The notes under the pieces are model-generated. The model was not told where the DNA came from and searched no databases. It saw nothing but the letters and a program-made list of their open reading frames with translations. This document shows, piece after piece, positions 8,914-17,776 of a DNA stretch of 32,000 nt. Source of the DNA: an uncultured archaeon. GTDB taxonomy: Archaea > Iainarchaeota > Iainarchaeia > Iainarchaeales > JAAZKV01. A program made the translations under genes and the position numbers. The DNA lies in contig CAZKBG010000001.1 of the NCBI GenBank assembly GCA_964551375.1, forward strand, positions 897,329 through 929,328, given 5' to 3'. Within the stretch, counting starts at the first letter, position 1. The number at the start of each line of letters is the position of its first letter.

Positions 8914-9516
8914 CTAAAAGTATTCATTAATCGCAGCAACTTGATCAGAATCCCATTTTCTTTTAAAATCAATTTCGCTTTCGCGCTTTCTTATTTCATC
9001 TGAAATTAATCTAAAATGCTCGGGAAAATTTGGATGTCCAGCATATTTTTGATACCACCAATCTCTTTTTCCTGATTTAAAAGTCGCAAACTCAAGTCCT
9101 CTAAATGGAAGCCAAGTTCCGGGCTTTTTACTATTCGCTCCGGTGCTTTTGTAAAACAAAACTTTTCTTCCCATATTATCAAGCACAATCACAATCGGGC
9201 GGTTTAATCCTTCCATTTTAATTCCAGTTTTTAGCATGGTGAAATTGACTTTTTTTCCTCCAACTTCAACCGCAAAACGGTGCTGGGATTTTAGAAGCTC
9301 TCTAACAAAAGGAATTTCTCTAAGCTGAGCAAAATATTTCTGCCTTGCTGATAATAATCTCCTTGCACGGAGCTGAACAGTTTGCGTGGGAGCAGATTTT
9401 GCTCCAAGAGCGCCAACCCTTTCATGATGCTTTAAGTTTTGTTTTTTTATTTGGACGGCGGAGCGGTAGCGTGAAGCAGGAGGAGCGCGTTTTAGTAAAG
9501 AACTTGTAATTGGCAT
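8914..9516 (-). CDS. Hypothetical protein, basic N-terminus plus small predicted alpha/beta domain
   Basis: 200-aa ORF. No family recognised. Contains LNRPIVIVLDNMGRKVLFYKS and KRDWWYQKYAGHPNFPEHF. Confidence 0.6.
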   Translation of the reverse strand: MPITSSLLKRAPPASRYRSAVQIKKQNLKHHERVGALGAKSAPTQTVQLRARRLLSARQKYFAQLREIPFVRELLKSQHRFAVEVGGKKVNFTMLKTGIKMEGLNRPIVIVLDNMGRKVLFYKSTGANSKKPGTWLPFRGLEFATFKSGKRDWWYQKYAGHPNFPEHFRLISDEIRKRESEIDFKRKWDSDQVAAINEYF

Positions 9517-9604
9517 GTAAAACTAATGCCTTCTTTAGTTAAAATTCTTTTTTTAGCGTTTAGAAAGCAAAAGAAGGCTAATTTTGAGGGCTTTAGAACA
9601 AGCC

Positions 9605-9612
9605 TTTAAAAA
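9605..9612 (+). promoter_or_regulatory. Candidate archaeal TATA box for aEF1A (TTTAAAAA)
   Basis: AT-rich octamer placing transcription start near ~9635, leaving a ~110-nt 5' UTR. Confidence 0.5.
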
Positions 9613-9658
9613 CTTTCTTATGGGGGAATTAATTAAGCGTATACTGGTGAACGGCTTA

Positions 9659-9735
9659 AAATCGCTGTGTGACGCGAATAGTCCTACCGGACGGTTAGTG
9701 ATAACTGGCTATTAGTAGGATATTTTGTGCGATTG
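9659..9735 (+). promoter_or_regulatory. Structured aEF1A mRNA leader (candidate cis-regulatory RNA)
   Basis: CGGTTA-GTGA-TAACTG hairpin with a GNRA-type tetraloop (9692-9707) enclosed by TCCTAC (9682-9687)/GTAGGA (9715-9720). Outer pairing AATCGC (9660-9665)/GCGATT (9729-9734). Competing pairing AATAGTC (9677-9683)/GGCTATT (9707-9713). Confidence 0.45.
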
Positions 9736-9746
9736 GAGGAATCATA

Positions 9747-11012
<1,266 letters not shown>

Positions 11013-11038
11013 TTAATGCGATAACAAACAAAAGATTA

Positions 11039-11065
11039 GTTGATTCGTTCTAAGAACGAGTCAGT
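11039..11065 (+). terminator. First of two tandem stem-loops after aEF1A (GATTCGTTC-TAA-GAACGAGTC)
   Basis: 9-bp core stem with one G.U pair and a 3-nt loop, extendable outward by T-A and G.U pairs. Confidence 0.45.
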
Positions 11066-11091
11066 GGGGATGGAAGTTATTTTCCATCTCC
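11066..11091 (+). terminator. Second tandem stem-loop GGGGATGGAA-GTTATT-TTCCATCTCC
   Basis: 10-bp stem with one G.U pair directly abutting the previous hairpin and upstream of a TATA-like TTTATATTT for rps10. Confidence 0.55.
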
Positions 11092-11129
11092 GCCTTTATA
11101 TTTAGTAAGAAAAAGGAAAGTGGGTGTTT

Positions 11130-11438
11130 ATGCAGACAGCAAGAATAAAACTAAGCAGTACAAACTTTGAAACCTTGGAGGACATATGCAACAGAATAAT
11201 TGACGTTGCGGAAAGGACCGGAGCTAAACACTCAGGAAAAATTCCTCTCCCTACAAAGAAACTTTGCATTCCTACAAGAAAAGGTCCATGCGGGGGCGGA
11301 ACAGAAACATACGAACAGTGGCAGATGAGAATCCACAAAAGACTAATTGACATACAAGCCGACGAAAGGACACTAAAAAGGGTAATGAGAGTAGAAATAC
11401 CTGAAAGTGTACACTTAGAAATTGACTTGAAGGGATAA
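11130..11438 (+). CDS. rps10: Ribosomal protein S10 (uS10)
   Basis: MQTARIKLSSTNFETLEDICNRIIDVAERTGAKHSGKIPLPTKKLCIPTRKGPCGGGTETYEQWQMRIHKRLIDI. The tracked ORF opens at 11124, and ATG 11130 fits family starts. Confidence 0.96.
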   Translation: MQTARIKLSSTNFETLEDICNRIIDVAERTGAKHSGKIPLPTKKLCIPTRKGPCGGGTETYEQWQMRIHKRLIDIQADERTLKRVMRVEIPESVHLEIDLKG

Positions 11439-11463
11439 AACTCTTCACAAAAATTCAATATGC

Positions 11464-11497
11464 TTTGAGTTGAAAGGAAAACTTCCTTTCAATCAAA
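11464..11497. terminator. Bidirectional terminator stem-loop between convergent rps10 and ferritin genes
   Basis: TTGAAAGGAA-AAC-TTCCTTTCAA perfect 10-bp stem, extended by TTTGA/TCAAA around one bulged G, flanked by TTTTTCTT. Confidence 0.7.
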
Positions 11498-11531
11498 ACT
11501 TTTTCTTAAAAAATCTTTAAACTAACCCAAG

Positions 11532-12035
11532 TTAGTCTTCCTCACCCTTTCTTTTTCCAAGTCTATGGTCAAGCATCATTAAAGCGGGAGGCATATCCTT
11601 CACTAACTTTAATTGCCCTACTATTTCGCTTGTATTAGCTTCTTCTTCAACTTGTTCGCTTACAAACCAATTCAGCATGACTTCAGTAGCGCTGTCTTTT
11701 TCTTTCTCAGCAAGAGTTCTCAAATCATGAATGCTTTTTGTAATGAACTGCTCGTGTTCATATGCTTCTTCAAACGCGTCAAGCGGAGATTTCCAAGCAA
11801 GTTTTGGAGCTTCAATTGAAGCAAGTTTTACTGTTCCTCCTCTTTCAATCAAAAAATCAAACAACTTAGTCGCATGAACCCTTTCCTCTCCTTCCTGAAC
11901 CCTCATCCAAGTTCCAAACCCTTTCAAATTCTGCTCTTCAAACCAAGCAGCCATTGACCAGTATAAGTACGCGCTAAAAAGCTCCTTATTTATTTGCTCG
12001 TTAATTGCCTTTTCTACGGCTGAACTAATCTTCAT
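11532..12035 (-). CDS. ftnA: Ferritin (non-heme, FtnA-like)
   Basis: INEQINKELFSAYLYWSMAAWFEEQNLKGFGTWMRVQEGEERVHATKLFDFLIERGG and FVSEQVEEEANTSEIVGQL. ACCGGTGAT SD before the ATG. Confidence 0.93.
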   Translation of the reverse strand: MKISSAVEKAINEQINKELFSAYLYWSMAAWFEEQNLKGFGTWMRVQEGEERVHATKLFDFLIERGGTVKLASIEAPKLAWKSPLDAFEEAYEHEQFITKSIHDLRTLAEKEKDSATEVMLNWFVSEQVEEEANTSEIVGQLKLVKDMPPALMMLDHRLGKRKGEED

Positions 12036-12096
12036 ACCATCACCGGTGCCTCTTTGTGGGCAAAAAAACTTTTAAGACTACCTGTTACTTTTAGAG

Positions 12097-12120
12097 GCGT
12101 CATTTTTCCTGAATTGACGC
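12097..12120. promoter_or_regulatory. Inverted repeat GCGTCA-N12-TGACGC in the ferritin/GLUG divergent promoter region (candidate operator)
   Basis: Perfect 6-bp arms between TATA-like elements of the two divergent genes. Confidence 0.35.
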
Positions 12121-12194
12121 ATTTTTTTATAAAAATCAACAATTAAAAAGTCCGAAGCCTTACTTAATACGGCAAATTTGCATGAGTTGATAAT

Positions 12195-15100
12195 ATTTTT
12201 AAGAAAATTTTATTTATTATTTTAGTGCTAAGTGCTGCGCAAATTGTGTTCGCAACAGACATCTCAACATGCTCTGATATTAACGCTCTAATTACAACAA
12301 CCCCTGGAGGGAATTTTGTTTTAACAACTGATATTGACTGCGCTGCTTACACTGCTGCCGGCGACAAGTTTGGGACAATTAATTTTACAGGAACATTTGA
12401 CGGAAACAATCATACAATTTCAAACCTTTACATAAACAAAGCCGGGTCATATTCTGGACTTTTTAGAACTTCAACAGGAACAATAACAAATCTCAATATT
12501 ACTGATGCAAATGTTTTAGGAACCGCATATGTTGGAGTGCTTGCGGGACAGGCATATGGAACAATAAGCAATGTAAGAATTACTAATTCAGCAGTATACG
12601 GCTCAAGCTCAACAGGATATGTTGGAGGATTCATTGGAACAACAAACTCAAGCTCGTTAAATCTCACAAATTCTGAAGGAACATTTCTCTACATCGTAGG
12701 CTCGGGACCATATACAGGCGGACTTGTAGGGCACATGACTTATTCAGGAACTTTAGTAACTGATTTGAATGTAACAATTCTTGGGGACATAAACGGAACA
12801 ACATACACCGCAGGAATGTTTGGATATCTTGGAAGCGGAGCGCTAAGGCTCAAAGCAACAATAAACAGACTTAAAGGAACAACATATGCATCAGGACTTA
12901 TTGGAAGTATTTATTCAAACAATGATATAAATTATTCAACGGTTGACGCAAATCGTATTGAAGGCACATATCCTGTTGGCGGGCTAATCGCATACAATGG
13001 AAGAGGATGCTGTTCAAATTATACTCGGGTAAATTTTGCAAGAGTAAATATCGCAGAACTTAGAGGAACCGGAAGCGGAATAGGCGGGATATACGGCAAC
13101 CCCACAGCTGATGGAGGAGCGACAATAAATGACTCAAATGCAATCATTGGAAGATTAATTACTTCCGGATCAAATGTTGGGGGAATACTTGGTGTATCAA
13201 GCGGAAATGCTTATATTAATCGCTCAAATGTAACAATACAAATAGAAATAAGCAGGGGGGGCACGGGCGATTCGTATATTGGGGGTATTGCTGGACAAGC
13301 ATATGCAATCGCAGATTCAAGCGCTGATGTGAATATACTTTGGGTAGGTTCATACTCTGGAAATAAAATCGGCGGGCTTGCAGGATATATCAACGGCTCA
13401 GTTTCAAGGTCATCAGTTAGGGGGGCATTAGTACAAGGAGGCACTGCAAGCTCAAGCGAATCAATTGTCGGAGGGCTTGTCGGAGATTTAAGCGGAAATG
13501 TAACTGACACAAATATCAGATTAATTGATGTAAACGGACGCGCAACAGTAGGCGGACTCGCAGGATACGGCAGAGGAAATATTGTTAACGTAAAAATTGA
13601 CATTAATAATGTGCGAGCAACAAATGGGGCTGCTGCAGGAGCAGTTGCGCTTCAGTACAACGGAGATATTAATTCAGTGAGCGTTGATGTGAATACGGTT
13701 ATAGGAACAACAAACGTTGCGGGACTTATAGGGTACTTCAACGGAGGCTGCTGTTCAAATGTAGCGCGTGTGAATAAATCAAGCGTGCGCTCAAATCAAA
13801 TAACTGGGGTTGGAAATGTTGCTGGACTTGTCGGAACAAATGATGTTGACGGTGGAACATGGATTTATGATTCAAACGCAATAGTTGGAAGAATAAATGC
13901 AACAAGCACTTATGTTGGAGGGCTCGCAGGAGGAAGAAGCAGCGGAGATACTCACATTTACAGAAGCTTTGCAAGGGCATACATTGAACTAACAAGAGGG
14001 GGAACAGGAGACCAACAACTTGGAGGACTTGCAGGGAAAGCAGGAACCGTTTCACAAAGCTATGCTGATGTTAATATTGATGTAACTCCTGGAATGTATG
14101 GACACTATATCGGAGGACTTGTTGGAAGTGCGGCAACAATAACCCAATCATATGCTACAGGAAATTATATCCGAGTTCCGGGAAGCACAAACTATGTCGG
14201 AGGGCTTGCGGGGTACGTAAGCACAGGCGGAATTAGCGACTCAAATTCATTCTTTTCTGATATTAATGGAGCGAGTTATGTGGGCGGACTTGCAGGAGCA
14301 GTAGGAGGAGGAAACGTAGTTAGAAGTCATTCAAGAACAACAAATGTAAAAGGAACTGCAAGCAATATCGGCGGACTTATTGGAGCATATTCAGGAGATG
14401 GATTTGATGTTAATGACTGTTATTATGACGGAAACTTAGTAAGCGGAGCAGGAAGCGTTGCGGGACTCGTTGGAAATTATGGATACAATGCAGGATATAC
14501 AAATGAGTTTTACAGAAATTATGCAAGAGTAAATTACATTAATTCAGCAGGCGCTGGAATCGGGGGGCTAATAGGTGCTCCAAGCGCATCAGCAACAAAA
14601 GTTTATGACTCAAATGCAATAATTGGAAGAATTTACAATAGCTCAACAAGCTACACAGGCGGATTAGTAGGGGGCGGTTCAAGCGGAGCAGGAATTGATA
14701 TTTATAGAAGCTTTGCAAGAGCATATCTTGAATTAGGAAGAGGGGGAACCGGAGATTCTTTTGTCGGAGGACTTTCAGGATATTCAAACGGAATTTATGA
14801 CTGTTATGCCGACACAAACATAAACGAATATATCACAACAATGTACGGGCACAAAACAGGAGGACTTGCAGGAAGAGCAGTAACAATCCAGCGCTCAAAT
14901 GCATTTGGAGATTACATAAAAGTAACTGCAAGCACAAATTATATCGGAGGGCTTGTAGGGATACTTGAAGGAAGTGGGGGAATCACAGACTCAAACTCAA
15001 GATTTAATGATATTAATGGGGCGAGTTATGTTGGGGGGCTTGCAGGGCAAGTTGGAAGCGGAAGCATTGTAAGAAGCAATGCTAGAGTAAACAATATTAT

Positions 15101-16727
15101 TGCAACTGGAAGTTCAGTGGGTGGATTAGTTGGAACTTATTCAGGAGATGGGTTTGATGTTAATGATTCATATTATGACGGAAATACTGTTAGCGGAGCA
15201 AGCAACGTTTCAGGATTTGTTGGGACAGTTGGATATAGCGCAGGATACACAAATGAATTTTACCGAAATTATTCGAGGGCAAATTATTTGAATGGAACCG
15301 GCTCCGCAGTCGGAGGACTTGTTGGCGGACCAGTTGCATCAGCAACAATGATTTATGATTCAAATGCAATAATTGGGAGAATATACGCTTCAGGAGGATA
15401 TGTTGGAGGACTTGTTGGAGGCGGAACGAGCGGAGCAGGAATTAATATTTACCGCTCAAATGCAAAAGCAAATGTTTTAGCATATAGAGGGGGAAGCGGA
15501 GACATTTATGTTGGCGGACTAGCAGGATATGTTAATTCAATAAACCAAAGCTACTTTGACGGAAATGTTGACTTATCACTAAGCCCCGTTTATCAAAGAC
15601 GAGTCGGAGGACTTGCAGGACGCGCAGCTGATATAAATAATTCTTATGCAAAAGGAAGTTATGTTGTTGTTTTAGTCGCATCAAGTTCATACATTGGAGG
15701 TCTTGCAGGGGAAGTAACTGGGACAGTAAATAATTCTTATGCAATATACCCTGATGTTAACGGATTATCTTCCCAAGTTGGAGGACTTGTGGGTTCAGTC
15801 GGGACCTCAATAAGCAACTCATTCTTTGTAGGGCGAGTAAAAACAACCGCGGCGAATGATAATAACATTTATGGTGAATATGCTACAAATCCAGCAAGAG
15901 TAGTGAATTGTTATTTTGTTAATCCCACTTCAACAAATGTTGTTCAATTAAACGGTGTGTCAAAAAATAATTCATACAGTGACATGGGGACGGCGTATTT
16001 TAAGGGTCTTGTGAGAAACTTATCTCGCGAGCCATTTACTTACTGGACATTCCATAACTATGGAGGAGATGTTTGGTACCAGTGGAGCGCAGATTACCCA
16101 AATCTATATCCTGATCCGACAAGATATTATTTGCCAGCTGGAAAATATATTTCAAACTCAATTTATTTTGGTCCTACTCCAAAAAGGTTTGTAAGTGTTG
16201 ATTTTAATGGATATTTAGTAAGTGCTGCTGGAGTTGATTCTAATATAAGAATACAAATAAGAACATCTGACTCAAATGACTTGGCAACTGGAATATGGAG
16301 CGAACAATTTGTCGGGCCTGATGATACAAATACATCTTATTACACACTTTCTGGCACAACTGATATTTCACAAAGCCACGATTATGATACGTGGTTCCAG
16401 TGGCAAGCATTTTTGGACAGCAATGATTCGCAGTACACTCCAATGCTTAGAAGCGTTGATGTAAATGCAGTAAGCATAGGACATTTAGTCTTAAGCGCCC
16501 CGCAGACAGGATTTAACTGGGAATCATTTGATTCAAATGAAAATCTTTATCCTGAAAGAGTGTCCTGGAGTTACTCATTAAACAGTGGAGCGAACTGGAC
16601 GGCTTCGCCGCTTAAAACACTAAGCGGAGCAACAGCAATTTTGCTAAAAGCTTTCCTAATCGGAACAAATGACAATAATACACCAAGAATTGACAATAAT
16701 GTTATTGTTGCATACACTCGAGATTAG
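12195..16727 (+). CDS. Giant secreted GLUG-repeat (beta-helical) surface/adhesin-like protein
   Basis: Dozens of GGLVG/GGLAG-type GLUG repeats with an intact ~1.5-kaa frame. In-frame sequence upstream of the tracked GTG (12225) completes a signal peptide (FKKILFIILVLSAAQIVFA), so the start is placed at a non-canonical ATT 12195. The C-terminal ~200 aa is non-repetitive. Confidence 0.88.
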   Translation: MFKKILFIILVLSAAQIVFATDISTCSDINALITTTPGGNFVLTTDIDCAAYTAAGDKFGTINFTGTFDGNNHTISNLYINKAGSYSGLFRTSTGTITNLNITDANVLGTAYVGVLAGQAYGTISNVRITNSAVYGSSSTGYVGGFIGTTNSSSLNLTNSEGTFLYIVGSGPYTGGLVGHMTYSGTLVTDLNVTILGDINGTTYTAGMFGYLGSGALRLKATINRLKGTTYASGLIGSIYSNNDINYSTVDANRIEGTYPVGGLIAYNGRGCCSNYTRVNFARVNIAELRGTGSGIGGIYGNPTADGGATINDSNAIIGRLITSGSNVGGILGVSSGNAYINRSNVTIQIEISRGGTGDSYIGGIAGQAYAIADSSADVNILWVGSYSGNKIGGLAGYINGSVSRSSVRGALVQGGTASSSESIVGGLVGDLSGNVTDTNIRLIDVNGRATVGGLAGYGRGNIVNVKIDINNVRATNGAAAGAVALQYNGDINSVSVDVNTVIGTTNVAGLIGYFNGGCCSNVARVNKSSVRSNQITGVGNVAGLVGTNDVDGGTWIYDSNAIVGRINATSTYVGGLAGGRSSGDTHIYRSFARAYIELTRGGTGDQQLGGLAGKAGTVSQSYADVNIDVTPGMYGHYIGGLVGSAATITQSYATGNYIRVPGSTNYVGGLAGYVSTGGISDSNSFFSDINGASYVGGLAGAVGGGNVVRSHSRTTNVKGTASNIGGLIGAYSGDGFDVNDCYYDGNLVSGAGSVAGLVGNYGYNAGYTNEFYRNYARVNYINSAGAGIGGLIGAPSASATKVYDSNAIIGRIYNSSTSYTGGLVGGGSSGAGIDIYRSFARAYLELGRGGTGDSFVGGLSGYSNGIYDCYADTNINEYITTMYGHKTGGLAGRAVTIQRSNAFGDYIKVTASTNYIGGLVGILEGSGGITDSNSRFNDINGASYVGGLAGQVGSGSIVRSNARVNNIIATGSSVGGLVGTYSGDGFDVNDSYYDGNTVSGASNVSGFVGTVGYSAGYTNEFYRNYSRANYLNGTGSAVGGLVGGPVASATMIYDSNAIIGRIYASGGYVGGLVGGGTSGAGINIYRSNAKANVLAYRGGSGDIYVGGLAGYVNSINQSYFDGNVDLSLSPVYQRRVGGLAGRAADINNSYAKGSYVVVLVASSSYIGGLAGEVTGTVNNSYAIYPDVNGLSSQVGGLVGSVGTSISNSFFVGRVKTTAANDNNIYGEYATNPARVVNCYFVNPTSTNVVQLNGVSKNNSYSDMGTAYFKGLVRNLSREPFTYWTFHNYGGDVWYQWSADYPNLYPDPTRYYLPAGKYISNSIYFGPTPKRFVSVDFNGYLVSAAGVDSNIRIQIRTSDSNDLATGIWSEQFVGPDDTNTSYYTLSGTTDISQSHDYDTWFQWQAFLDSNDSQYTPMLRSVDVNAVSIGHLVLSAPQTGFNWESFDSNENLYPERVSWSYSLNSGANWTASPLKTLSGATAILLKAFLIGTNDNNTPRIDNNVIVAYTRD
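12500..15800 (+). repeat. Higher-order tandem repeat (four ~246-250-aa units) inside the GLUG protein
   Basis: The anchor DSNAI(I/V)GR codes at 13131, 13869, 14607 and 15357 (spacings 738, 738, 750 nt). A second anchor, RGG(T/S)GD, recurs at 13254, 13995, 14739 and 15486. Outer limits approximate. Confidence 0.85.
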
Positions 16728-16791
16728 CTGCGATTGACCCTCAAACTTGGTCCACGCAAAACATAAAAACTACTTACAGCCTAATGTTATT

Positions 16792-17256
16792 ATGAAAGAC
16801 TTCATGCTTGAGGCAATTAAAGAAGCAAAAAAAGCTCTGCGAAAAAATCAAGGCGGACCGTTTGGCGCGGTAATTGTAAAAAAAGGGAAAATAATTGCAC
16901 GCGGGCATAATATGGTGCTGTCCACAAACGACCCCACTGCGCACGCTGAAGTAGTTGCAATAAGAAGGGCTACAAAAAAACTCAAAAGATTTAATTTAAG
17001 CGACTGCGAGTTATACTCTTCATGCGAACCGTGCCCGATGTGCCTTGCTGCAGCTGAGTGGGCAAAAATAAAAACGCTGTACTACGGATGCACAAGAAAT
17101 GACGCTGCGAAAATAGGGTTTGACGACAAAAAAATTTACGGCGATATTAAAGCGGCTCCAAAAAGCAGGCTCATTAAAGAAATACACGTGCATGAAGATG
17201 CTGAATTTATTCCTTTTTTAGAATGGGAAAAAAAGAAAAACAAAAAACAGTACTAA
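16792..17256 (+). CDS. Guanine-deaminase-like nucleoside/nucleobase deaminase (CDA fold)
   Basis: Motifs HAEVVAIRRA, SSCEPCPMCLAAAEWAKI, AAKIGFDDKKIY. The tracked ORF opens at 16747, but ATG 16792 (MKDFMLEAIKEAKKAL) fits the family start. Confidence 0.85.
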   Translation: MKDFMLEAIKEAKKALRKNQGGPFGAVIVKKGKIIARGHNMVLSTNDPTAHAEVVAIRRATKKLKRFNLSDCELYSSCEPCPMCLAAAEWAKIKTLYYGCTRNDAAKIGFDDKKIYGDIKAAPKSRLIKEIHVHEDAEFIPFLEWEKKKNKKQY

Positions 17257-17281
17257 AACGAAAAGTAATTTTGGTGATTTA

Positions 17282-17722
17282 GTGGCGTTTGAGCACTTTG
17301 AACACAGAGCAGATATTGGCGTGCGCGGAATTGGAAAAACAATTGAAGAAGCATTTGGCGAATGCGCAAAGGGAATGTATGAAATAATGGCTGATGTTAA
17401 TTCAATTGAGCCTAAAAAAGCGCATGTATTTACAGTTACTGCTTCTGATAAACAGGCGCTTCTTGTTGCATTTTTGAATGAGCTTTTATTTATCAAAGAC
17501 AAAAAGAAAATGATTTACTCAAAAATAAGAGTAAATATTTACACAATTTTAGATGATTCAAAAACAAGCGAAACTTGGGAACTAAAAGCAACTGTGTTTG
17601 GGGAAAAAATTGACCAAAAGAAGCATAAAATAAAAGTTGACGCAAAAGCCGCAACTTACTCCGAGCTCAAAGTTGAAACGCAGGGAGACAATTGGATTGC
17701 GCAGTGCATAATTGATGTTTGA
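17282..17722 (+). CDS. Archease (RtcB activator/tRNA splicing cofactor)
   Basis: FEHRADIGVRGIGKTIEEAFGECAKGMYEIMAD...FLNELLFIKDKK. GTG start with GGTGATTTA upstream. Confidence 0.93.
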   Translation: MAFEHFEHRADIGVRGIGKTIEEAFGECAKGMYEIMADVNSIEPKKAHVFTVTASDKQALLVAFLNELLFIKDKKKMIYSKIRVNIYTILDDSKTSETWELKATVFGEKIDQKKHKIKVDAKAATYSELKVETQGDNWIAQCIIDV

Positions 17723-17776
17723 TTAAATAAATTTTGAATAAAGCGTTAAGTAAATGTTATTTAATTTGTGATAAAT

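Noticed and set aside
8785-9188. Short plus-strand ORFs (8785-9003, 9006-9188) opposite or between antisense genes
   Set aside because: No Shine-Dalgarno sequence and no recognisable motifs. They overlap a better-supported minus-strand gene.
9640-9735. Possible tRNA in the aEF1A leader
   Set aside because: A compact structured region with GNRA loops, but no T-arm GGTTCRA signature, no 7-bp acceptor stem and no anticodon arm in the right geometry.
12500-15800. CRISPR-like or transposon-like interpretation of the ~740-nt periodicity
   Set aside because: The repeats are in-frame protein-coding and diverged, with no constant direct repeats, spacers, cas genes or transposase.
12428-16443. Several minus-strand ORFs (79-132 aa) within the GLUG gene
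   Set aside because: Repetitive antisense shadows of the repeat protein with low-complexity Leu/Pro/Ser-rich translations.
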